A stretch of 64,000 nucleotides of DNA, taken from contig NOWV01000191.1 in NCBI GenBank assembly GCA_003344405.1, positions 62,001-126,000 on the forward strand, in the 5' to 3' direction. Made by a program: the position numbers and the translations under genes. Positions 1-11,504 of this stretch are shown here, in pieces. Source of the DNA: Trichoplax sp. H2. Lineage: Eukaryota. Positions within the stretch are counted from its first letter, which is position 1. Each line of letters starts with the position of its first letter. Under the pieces are notes generated by a model, which was given only the letters and a program-made list of their open reading frames with translations, made no database searches and had not been told where the DNA came from.

Positions 1-161
1 TCACTATAATAGGCCTTAGCTTAATTGCTAGTAAGGCTAGTATATAATTGATTTCGACATATCTTTCAAAGTATTTAAATACTGCATAATTAGTCAATTT
101 TAAGCTGTAAACTTGGATTCTTAAATTTTAACCGAAATAACTATCAACGTTTAATTTTTAG

Positions 162-3088
162 GCCCTTTGCCAATTTTTAAAGCCCAATCCTCAAGAGTTA
201 CTACCTGCAAAGTAAATATATCGGTCTAAGCGGAATCTTATTTGCTATTCACTGTCTCTAAACTTACAAACTGATAATTGATTTTTTTTATCTATTTTAA
301 GCTATGATTGAAAGGAAGGCTATAAATTTGATCATACGTTTTTAAATCTTGAAACCTATCTAGGTTATCCGCAGGTGCTAGAACTTTTGGCAAGAATTTG
401 CTATGTAAAATTAAAGAAGCGTTAAGTGATTCTATGCAACAGCTGAGGTCGGCAAAGCTTCGGGGTAGGTTCATATAGTTGACTCACAAATTCTTTAATT
501 TTACCATAAATATGGGTATAATAACTAATGGAGTAAATTTATAATTATACAAAAAATTTAATACCGTAAAATTCACTTAATTTGTTTCTTTTGCAACAGT
601 GGCAGAATACTTTTGTTTAATGCTTATGCGCTTAACAACCATAAATCACATATTCCAGGTATGATTAATTTCGGTAGGCCTTTTCCAATAACGTATATTG
701 ATGAATATATGCTTCCTCAGTCAATTCTATAATTAGATATATATTTACTCCATCGTCTATCAGAATTGACATTAAATATGATGATAGATATTTGATTTTT
801 AATATATTGAGTTCATATCATGAATATAGAAATAAATAATGGTATTGTTATTAGTATCTTTATATCGAATAATCTCTTTATATACCTTATAGGAATCTCA
901 ATTAATACTTGGTAGTGGACTGTACATGGAGAAGATGCTACGTGATTGGCAGAATATAGATGTGAAGGAAATTTGTAACCAAAGCCTACAGTTGATAAAT
1001 ATCACCCCCATGAAGCATCGAATACTTGCCAAAAAGATTAACAAGTGTAAGTTGTATTTCACGATAAAGATAAATGTGAAGCTTTCACTGGTCGCTAGTT
1101 ATCATAAGTAAAAATATTTTTATGCTATTGATTTGTAATTGTAAAATATCGGTAAAAAATTTATGAACAATCTAATATTGATTTAATGGATTTGATAACG
1201 CAATGACCTTATAATGGCCTGTCTTACCAAAATAATTTATTATGAATCGATAATTTTTTAGCTTGCAAAGAATTTGAAAAATTGCTTGAAAATAAGGGGA
1301 ATCGTGCGACAATTATGAAATGGTTACATGTGATTGTGGATAGATTTATTCTTAAAGTTTGTAAAAGCCAGTTAATATTAGCAATTCATCTATATATAAA
1401 TAGTGAGAATTAAAATTATTAATATTACCTCGTACATTTTCGACTAGAAAAAAATGAAGAGGTACAATCGATTGCAAAGATGTAAACAACTTATGATGAT
1501 TTGGAATTATTTCACATCAAAAGTTATTCGCGAGTTAACACTGCACGGAGCCGATAGCTTTGGTAAAGAAGGAGATGATGTTAATTCTGCTTAAATTCAC
1601 TAAGCCACTAATTCACTATTTTGATGTACCAAATTGCCCTAGGTCATTTTCATTTAATTAACATGCTATGTAGCGAGTATTTAATGTATTTGTTGGAGGA
1701 AATCAGAAATGATGAAAGGCTAAAATTAAATTTAAATATGCTAAGGAAGGAACCAATTAAAGGTAAACATAAATAATAGGCATTAATGACGAGTCCAAGT
1801 TCAAAATTTTGTTCCCTAGCTTTAGTTTATATCTTTGATTGTTAATACTGTTCCTATAGGATAGATTCACTTAATCGATATCATAGCATATCAATATATT
1901 TGCATGCAATTATGATTCTGTGACTGGTTAATACATCAGATAATTTCCTCATTTAATGAGAAAGTCAAATGTATAATGGATTGTTAATTTCATTTATACT
2001 TTATAACAGAGTATATTCATGTACTTCATATCAATTTTAGCCATAAAGTTTAGCACTTATTTTTCGTATCTTTAAACCACTAAATGACGTTGTAAAATTG
2101 AACAACTAGATTTAGGCTAATAAATTTGAATTCAAACTATTTATCTAATGAATGATCTGTTATTTGTGTTATGTTGAATTAGCTAACTATATTTTTCATC
2201 TTGTTACTTCTTCAACTGAAATTTTGTAAAATAAGAAATCCATTAGGCGAAGTTTGCGTTTTTACTGCTTTTAGACTGAAGATTAAGTAAAAATCAGTAT
2301 ACCTTCGTAGCATATTTTAAATTATTCTAACTGTTATATAGATATTAGATTGATGATAGAACTCTTTAAAAGCAATCCACGGATCAAAAATTCAAGTTTA
2401 AATTCCACAAAGATTTCAATGGACCAGTCAAAGCAGCAAATACTAGAAGATCAACCTACTTTTGATATTTTTGCAGATCCAACTGTCGACACCATTTCTC
2501 CTGATCGTAATACAATGAGGAAATCTGTGGATTGCTTATACTATGAAACATCAACTATTGAGTCTTTGAATGATTCTGAAGATTTGTAAGTGACAGTTGT
2601 TTTGTGATCCTATAACTGGTTATTACTTATTTATTAAGAACACAGAACCTAATTATTAAAATTATCATATCTTTGGGTATGGTGCACGGTTTTAAAGTGC
2701 GGCTATATTAATTTTTGAAAGTGTATCTTTATCAATAAATATTTATGAATTTGCTAACGGCATTTTTAATTTGTTGCATAAATTTAGTATTACTATTCTT
2801 TTTTTAATTTGTTATTGATGGGCGCTATTTGATATAATTTAATATGATTAGGTATTTACTTATTAAATCTACGTCTAATTACTTGATAGTGATTGGAGTG
2901 AAGACTGCAGTATCTTTGAATACGACATCGATCTGCTACAGAATGATCTTTATCAACAAGATCAACAACTAATCTATGGAAATGGTAATGGAACTTCACA
3001 GAATATAAATTTATTTCATCCCAATCAGTATGCATATGGAATAAATGACGGTCAAATTAATACACCAAATCCATATATTGAGATATAA
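162..3088 (+). CDS. RFX-family transcription factor (RFX4/6-like), 3' part only: B/C and dimerization domains plus C-terminal tail; 5' exons lie upstream of the window
   Basis: Phase-consistent GT-AG exons 162-211, 364-464, 600-658, 893-1046, 1262-1356, 1448-1562, 1643-1762, 2342-2585, 2890-3088 (TAA). Translation includes ARTFGKNL, LMRLTTINHIFQ, MLRDWQNIDV, KEFEKLLE..IMKWLHVIVDRFI and WNYFTSKVIRELTLHGADSFGHFHLINML, matching the RFX motif VIRDLTLxSAxSFGSFHLI. The last two exons are low-similarity and less certain. Confidence 0.85.
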
Positions 3089-4406
3089 TGGACGTTCCTA
3101 TTTTTTACATCAATATTTTGCAGCAGTATATTAGTACAATTATCTATTTTGATGTCTCTCTTTAAAACATGGGCGAGAATTTAATCTGGAAAAATCTATC
3201 TAATAAATCTAATATGATACAGCATCTGATCTTAAAGCCTTATTGGGAGAAATTTTTACTAACGTATTTAAGAATTGTTCATCTGTATAAAGCGACTAAT
3301 CATAACATTTCAATGATTAACATTAATCGCACATATACCATACATACAGTGTGTTATTTGTTAGTATTCCAGTTGTAGCCTAATCGTTGGGCTTCTTAAG
3401 TGGCAAATTTAATTATTCTCTTAGCCACATATCTCTTAACGCAGAATTTTATTTTAAATTTTGAATGTCACTCATAACTGATCATTAACGTAAAGTTTGC
3501 ATTTACTGATGTGAATTTAATTCAAAGAACATGGTTAATATGTTGCTTTCAATATCCTAGCGATTCGTTAAGCTAGATGGTAAAAGAACGATAAGTATGC
3601 ATTACTGGAAAATAATCAATTATCAGCATAAAATAAGTACGAACAATGCATAGTTTAATATGTTGCTTGCAGTACTCTAGCTATCATTTAAAGCTAGATA
3701 TTTAAAAAGTTATGAGTATTCTTTAAGGAATTTGTATATGGCCAATTTTACATGACGCGTGTATTTACTGCCATGGACCTTAATAATTTGATCTTTCTGA
3801 TCCAAACATGCCTTAATTTTCTGTTAAACTATCAGATCTAAATGATTACGGCTATTGCATAATATAACCATTGCAGTAGATAAAATAAAAATAGAATTAA
3901 TTTTTTAATATAATAAAACTTATCTAATTTTAGCAATTTATATTCACAGTCTATAGCGGTAAAGCCTTTAACCTTATTTTCTACTTTCAGATGAAATTAA
4001 TACAAATAAATTAATAGTCAGCCCAATATTCAACTTTTACTTTTATTTCAATAACTGTTTTGTTAATAACAAATTGTTTGTATGTTTAGAAATTATCTGC
4101 CACTAATAATTAAGTAAAATAATAATGTATTTTTTCCTCTATTGTGGGATACATATGATAATGAAGACCATCACGCTATCGCAAATAAAGATAATACCGT
4201 AATATTAACTCCAAAGCCATCTGAGAATAATAACGAGATGATCCTGCATGCTTCTATAATTACAATGATTGAGTTTTGTTTCAGGTTCAGTTTAGATGTT
4301 ATTTTATTACGTTTCAGAAAGGGATAGACTGAGTCTATTATGTTACATATATCAGATATAAAATGACAACATACTTATAAAGTTCTGTCTAAGATATATT
4401 AATCAA

Positions 4407-6214
4407 TTACATGCTTGTTTTAATACGGTTGTGAGGCTTTTTCTTTTTCAGGGATAATTCCCATTCTTTCTTAAAACGATTATACAATTGAATGCAGGCT
4501 CTTGCATCTTCAACTGATGAATGCTGACCAATTTGGATATCTAAACCTAGAATTTCTTTTGCTAATTTTCGTAATGATGGTGTATGGCCCTTGTTTACCT
4601 GACGAAAAAAACTAAAGGTTGACGTATCCCTGAGTCGCTTTTTTGGATGTCCTAACATTAATTGCTTTAGATCATTCTTGATAGCATGGCCAACCAAAGT
4701 ACGTCCTTGAATAATTTCAAAGACTTCAGTTTGAACAGTAGCAAAATCAGGAGCATTGAGCAAGTTGTCAGCAATAATTCCGCTAACGGGTGTTCTATAA
4801 TCGGTCACTTTCTCAATTGGCTTAACATACTTATCATAGATGGTTTCTCCATAACTATTAACAATTGAAACTCGCGCTAAAGCGCTTTCTTTTCCATCGT
4901 ATCCAATTCCAACCATTTCACAATCCAAGGCAATAACTGCTGTTGTTTTTTTACTGTACAATGATAATATCGAGACGTAAATAAACTTGCCTACCGAAAC
5001 TATTTAAACTACTTTAATCCATTACATTTAATGTCACAAGAGGTACCTTTCCTCCGCATTAACGGATTGTTCTGGCTGGGAAAGGACAGGAGTAACCGCC
5101 GATTGGCGTATTTGTTCACTTTTGGTCTGCATTTCAGCCATTTGGATGTCTTCATAATTGACATCGTCAAACCAGATCTGATTCTGGCTATTCTTGTTAT
5201 CCTGTACACTATCATTTTTATGTTGATTTCCATGTGTATTTTTCTTCCAATTACCGCCCGATTTCTTACGATAGAATTTCTTAGGTATCTTCTCATCCTT
5301 TTTAGTTAGCTCCTGGAATATGAAAAAATATTCTTGAAAGATTTATTTCTTTATATTAGTAATCCAAGTGAACGCACTTGTCAATCTCAAGCTTGATAAG
5401 GAAAAACTTTTTGTCAGTATTGAATCTACCGTAAGCTAAATGTTTCAATCTACACCTTTAAATATATCATGCAGTTTAGAACTATCGAAGTTGTAATAAT
5501 TTTGTATTACGCATTTCATACACATTCAATCATTGACATGATTGTCTACAATAGTTTATTGAATTAAGAGAACATTTCGTACAAAATAACCTTGCCGTCT
5601 AAGAAGTAGGGTGATGAAACAGAATTTTAATATGATCTACGTAGTCAACGATGTATTCTTATTCATTTTTATCGTTTAATTCATTACACTAAGCCATTAA
5701 AATAAAAAATCGATTGGACTAGTCTCCTACGTCCATCTCATCGTCATCTAACTGCAGTGTATTACCGATGGTGGCTAGATAATGCATTCATCCTATCGTC
5801 TACTAACTTACACAATATACTGAACAGGATGACAGTTTCTGAAAAATCGGCTAAACAGCCAGTAGTTGACTAGTAAAGACAATTTAATGTACAGTACTCG
5901 ACGAAGAAGTTGTTGTTGATTTTACTTTACTATACGAAACAAACAACATTCAGTAGTACAGCGCGTGTTCTATAGCTACAACAGCCTGCGTGCAGAAATG
6001 GTACTGCCTATTTTTACCAGCAATAGCGAATCTGCCTTGCACTGTACTTTGCTACTACCTTTTGTAATAGTTTCCAGTTATCCATTCCAGATTGTTTGTT
6101 CCTCTGCATGACTAACTGGATGCATTCTTGAGAAATTTTCTCTTTGGATGCCTCACTCTTCTTACTGTGAGTCCTTTTGCGACGATCTGGATTACGATGC
6201 TTGGATTTAGCCAT
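4407..6214 (-). CDS. REXO4: RNA exonuclease 4 (DEDDh exonuclease, Rex4)
   Basis: Exons 6214-6059, 5312-5047 and 4953-4407 join in frame. Basic N-terminus with NWKLLQK, the REXO4 IWFDDV motif, and an exonuclease domain with ALDCEMVG, LVGHAIKNDL, LRDTS, PSLRKLA and HSSVEDARA. Confidence 0.95.
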
Positions 6215-6864
6215 TGCAATTTCTCAATGTCGACGAATGAAACTACTGTACTGTATATCCCAAAATAAGTCCACCAAAAAGTATCCACTCGATTATTTAC
6301 AGCTAGCTAGGATGATCATCTGGATCAAGAATAGAGATAGAAACTACGCTAGTCAACCATGGCAAAATGCAGAACTGAGCATCAATATACTATGCAAGTT
6401 CTGCAATGCAAAGTTGCAGAATTGCAGCAAAAGTTGCAAAGGTATCGAATGGCCCAACAGCAAGGGCCAATTGGCCATGCGCGTATGCAGTACAGCACGC
6501 TACAGTGCACAGTGTACAGTACGACCCTACCTATCGAGTGCTAGTCTTATGTAGCGTTCGTGGATAACGTTCATAACAACTGTAGTAATATGATGAGAGA
6601 GTGCAGTACTACACGTTAAGTCTACAGTCTACAGTATTATAATTCATACTGTACAGTACGGTACAGTACGGAACGGTATAGTACGAAACGGTGCAGTACC
6701 ATAAATCATCGTTCTTCGCATGAACAGTTACAGTACACTACACTACAGTACAGTACTGTACACTCTAGTTATTGTACTGTGGACAGGATGAGTACTTAAC
6801 GTACTGCATTGCAGACTTTCGCTTCAAGAATCGACAAAGTCTTGGTGCCTCTTCCTGGCGAAAG
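6215..6864. promoter_or_regulatory. Putative bidirectional promoter between REXO4 and kish
   Basis: Divergent ATGs about 650 bp apart. Palindromic double CCAAT (GGCCAATTGGCC, 6465-6476) and dense TACAG/CTGTA motifs. Confidence 0.65.
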
Positions 6865-8431
6865 ATGGTAATTGACTTTTTGGTTGCTTAATTCTCATTC
6901 TCCAATAAACTTGAAAGTGTAAATTGGGAATCATAGTATGATTAATTGATAGACGTACATGTATAGCGTTGAGTAGTAACTAATACGGATGGAAGATACA
7001 TTATGATAAGATCAAGTGTAAAGTTTGTACGCTCATCCTCTTTCCTCCTTTACCACGAATACGCTAACTTATTTTGCTATATGAATTTTCTTATTCTCAA
7101 ATATGTCCTTCAAAACTTCCTATTATGGCTTGGTCCAATCGGTAGTCTGCATTGTTTAATTTTCAAAGCTTACTAGTGGTGGTATTACTACTTATCTGCA
7201 CGTGCGCCTACGTTCGCCTTCTGTGGCCACGATTACTACAAAGAGAACATACTGGGTAAATAACTATTCACTTAAAATGATAGTTCGTAAATGCTGTACG
7301 TAGATGCTTGAATCAGGTTGATCTTATAGTTCTGATGTAGGAAAGGAGACAATATTTCGTACTAGTATTGTAGCTATCGATAGACAGTTTATTTTTGCCA
7401 TGATAAATTATAACATCCAGTCCGAATGAATATATAGAGTGTATTTAGGCTTACATAGATACTCCGATCGTATGAATAGTCGTTTTACGCATATTTTCTC
7501 ATGAACGAGCAAAACCCTAACATGATAGGAATGTACTGGACGTAGAGCGTAAAAGAGTTTAATTTACCTTCAATGCCTTTACTTGTAGTTAATATTACAT
7601 CCTTAGCTTTTACCTTCTGCATTATACAAAAAATCAATCAAGTTATGTTGTAAGTGTATTATGTAGCTTATCAAAAATATAAATCATTACCACCGTTGAT
7701 TTAGTACGTATTACATAAATTTAAAATGAATCTTTCTACTGTTCTCTTGCCAGTTCATAAGTTAATCTCTTGATAACGGTACATTACCATGCAAGCTGCC
7801 AATTGTATCTAAATCAGACATTCTTACTTTTTGTATGGCTGTCATTTGTTATTTTAGGTACCGAAATTTCTTTTGGAAAGCGGGGAGAATAGGTACATTG
7901 AATACTAACAGCGAATGATAATGAAGTAGATATTCTTATGGGAATAAAGTTTCTGTGAATAACTATAGTGACTGATGCTCGTATGTCAGGGATTAATATA
8001 AAAATCGAATAGATAATCGACTTCCATTCTTGCTGCAATGATATAACTATGTGTAACTTGATAATCAATATTTGCCTATACTGTACGAAAAATCGTTTGA
8101 TAATGGACGAATCATTCAGCATGGATAGAATTCTTTATAATTAATTATTGAAATCAGCATTGATCAGTAATTACGAAGTATACAGCGTGCATACATTGTA
8201 AAATCGCACTGTTTATGTAGATTTCCAGTTGATGAAGTTATTGCTATACGAACGTCAGTGTACTTGTATGATGATATGTAGCTGTAGTTTGTTAGGCATT
8301 TTGTACAACGATATGTTGTAGTTTAAATGAAGAGACTTTTAGAATGTTATTTTCTAATTGCAGGCGAGAGAAAAAGCCCTTATGTAGCTGTATTCTGTGT
8401 AGCAATGGCTGTTTCGATTCTCGTCCTATAG
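6865..8431 (+). CDS. TMEM167: Protein kish (Golgi small membrane protein), 71 aa
   Basis: Exons 6865-6867 (ATG only), 7146-7255, 7858-7892 and 8364-8431 give [71 protein letters not shown]. This closely matches kish-A (MSAIFNFQSLL...ICTCAY...[15 protein letters not shown]). Confidence 0.95.
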
Positions 8432-9042
8432 GTGGAATGACAAGGTTGATCATACGCAACTCGAGGGAATTAATGCTTGGACTCCGATAATGGGTTATAA
8501 ATTTTGTAAACAGATCTTGTCCAAGAACGATTATAATCAACAATTTCACTGTTGCTTTTCGCATTATTAACAAATTCTGGCGCTAGCATTCAGATAGAAT
8601 TATTTAAAATTTGTCAATTTAAAGGTATATAATTCTCGATCAATATTAATTCTAGCCACACCTTCATGATATAAATATCGCATGATTTTTGTATCTGTCA
8701 ATTCTGATGTTAATTGCAATGTCAAGTGTATATAATAAAGGAAAGATAGTTGGACTAGCCCTAAATCATCTCAAATCGTAGTTCACCGGAATTAGCTTGG
8801 ACTTATAATATCGTACGCTGAAAACAGAAAATTAAAGTTTATTTACCGTAATGTTTAAATGAAATTACACGGCTCACAACGATATGCCAGCAGTTGATAA
8901 TTAATCGCAACCAGAACAATGCATCACTCATTTGGTATAAACTACATAAAAAAGTGAATTATACCTCTCTCTCAATATATAATTTATTAGCCCTTAACTA
9001 TTAGCATAATTTTAATAAAAAGTAAAAAATTTATATACTGTA

Positions 9043-10728
9043 CTATTGTGTATCCGTAAACATTAATATCCACAATTGAAACGATATGAAAATATTTCTC
9101 GACATCATATGATATTGAGGCCACCGCTGCATTTTGGTATGAGATCTCATCCAGTACTTTACATCTCCATCAACCAGTAAGGTTGTAAAGAATAATTGTA
9201 GGAAAAGGCATCTGTACATTTGAATCTTTTCAAATTCACTTATAATGCATAAACCGTAAAGTACATATGCAACAACGTATACCATTACTATAGAACCACC
9301 ACCAGGCATATGAATAATAAGAGCTTTACGATCTTCCTCGCTATTCATCAGTAACCATGCACTGCTAATAGCGTAGACGCCGAGAGCAATACGGCCATAA
9401 CGAAGAAGGTACTTGGTTTTGGGTTCTCCACTACGACGATCCGCATTAACGCCACCTGATATCATCACATATCCACCAATAAGACCAAGATTTCTTGCAA
9501 AGAGTCTGACCTTATGGTATGAAATGGGAAAGGCAATAAATGCGAGTTAAGGCGTAATTTCATCTGTAAGCTAAGCAGTGTCAATAACAATGTAGCACGT
9601 TGTTATGAAGTAATATTTGAATATTGTAACAGGCAGCTGAGGTAACTGCAGTATTATATAAAGATATATTTCCATTAAAAGTTGCGCTATAGCTCAAGAA
9701 CTGGCAGTCTCAGTAGCTATGTAATCATACACTACATACGAGTAATACAGAGCGTTTCTCATAGCTTTACTCACACGCATATATATTAGAGTAACGCTGT
9801 ATACTTGTATAGCTGGTAGGTAATTACTGCTACTTCAACCTTCTTAAATAGTATATTCTGCAATAACTACGCACTCATTACGTTGGCATTGGCTGATGCT
9901 ATCAGAAGGTAGTAAAGTACAATAACCCAGTTGAAATACAACATTATGCACATCCGAAAGTATAATAGCTAGCATAGCCTAAAGCATTTATTTCATGATT
10001 CGGAATAATAATGATTTTTAGTTTTGTATCTTTCAACTATCTAAATTAAGCGTTTTATTTAATTCATACTCTAACGTATACTCTAACGTATAGGAATGTA
10101 CTGCCTTGTACCACATGAAATAGCTGGTGTGATGACCTTGTCATCATGAAGATGACTCGATCTCAAAATGCAGCAATAATAAATTAATACACTGACCACA
10201 TATCGTATACGTCTACTTATAAGGGCGTGTACTGTATACTCGTATACGCGTCCGTTTACTATACAAGTGTACATCAAGGTAGTTAAGGCATGCAAAAGAC
10301 ATTATTCAATACTTTTTGTACCATTCTATTTGCGTATTTTATTGCTAATATACGGTATTGCCCGGTTATAAGATATTAAGTATAACAATCCAGTTATTAC
10401 GTCTATCAAGTACCTTCGTCCACTGGTGATATTCTGATCTTAATGGAGAGCTTTGAATAGTTAAGGATATCAAGAACAGTTGCGCTGCAAATATCAACGC
10501 ACACATACGTTTTTGGATATCGAAGCACATTCCAGTACCAACAGCAACAGCTAAAAATAAATAACCGATCAGGACATGATGTGGCATGCCGTAATCTTTT
10601 TCTACATGAGGTTGGACTGAAAGAGTTAAGCAGATGAAAAAAGCTTCGAGGAAAGGATAACGTTCGACAAGAAAGTTGCCAACTCGCACCGCCTTTGCAG
10701 CAGGCACATCAAAGCCTAATATTAACAT
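9043..10728 (-). CDS. TMEM101: Transmembrane protein 101
   Basis: Exons 10728-10414 and 9510-9043 join at phase 0 (..HQWTK|VRLFARNLGLIGGY..). Multi-pass hydrophobic protein with ERYPF, SEEDRKALIIHMPGG and LLVDGDVKYW motifs characteristic of TMEM101. Start codon is inferred. Confidence 0.88.
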
Positions 10729-10760
10729 CTTCTCAGGTATTTTCAATCAATAAATATTAT

Positions 10761-11504
10761 CTAACACAGAATACAATAAAGTGACGATAGAGGGAACAAA
10801 CTTTACACTTTACAGTAGCACATATATATCTGTATATGTAATTGCTAGCTTCCAATATCTCAAAATACTGAAAACGGACAGTGTTGAAGTTGATTGTAAT
10901 CCAGTCGACTCTTCGTATCAATTGAACTCCAGCACGAATCAAGAGCTCATACTGTGCGTCTTAAAGGCTGAGTACTGTATAGTGTGCATTAGAATTTGGA
11001 AGGCTATGTTTTCTGAATGACTGTCCGAAGTCCACACCTTCTGTAGACTCGAGACGCCGAGTCGCTGATTGTTTTGCCAAGGCCCAACAGGATGGGGAGG
11101 GGTATTTAGCCATAGAGTACAGTACAGTACAGTATAGAGGTTCATTAAAAAGAGAAAAATAACCGTCCGTCCATAGACTACTGGATGAAGCCTGGGCGTA
11201 CAGTACTGTACAGTACAGTGTACAGTATCTAAAAAGGTCCATAAAACTGTGTGTACTGTACACTGTGCACTGTACCGCAAGTCCATAGCGATCGAGTGTT
11301 TGTTTAAAAATATGTAGAACCCTGATCATCGCTATCACGCGTTTGCGCAGTGGTACGGAAAAAACATCAAGTCGAACCGTAGTGTAGTGGTAAAAGAAAA
11401 CCTTCTATGAACTGTGGCGATCGGTGGGAGCGAACTAATTTCATAGCATTCGCTGATTAATTCGAGATTGAAGAAACGTTGATAGGTAAAGCTATTGAAG
11501 AAGA
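10761..11504. promoter_or_regulatory. Putative bidirectional promoter and 5' UTRs between TMEM101 and CDC50
   Basis: Divergent ATGs at 10728 (-) and 11505 (+). Locally GC-richer, with a TACAG/CTGTA cluster at about 11114-11278. Confidence 0.6.

Noticed and set aside
6177..6554. ORFs 6177-6554 and 6359-6544, and similarly 10939-11338
   Set aside because: They lie in bidirectional promoters; the C/T/V/Y/S/Q-rich translations are by-products of TACAG repeats.
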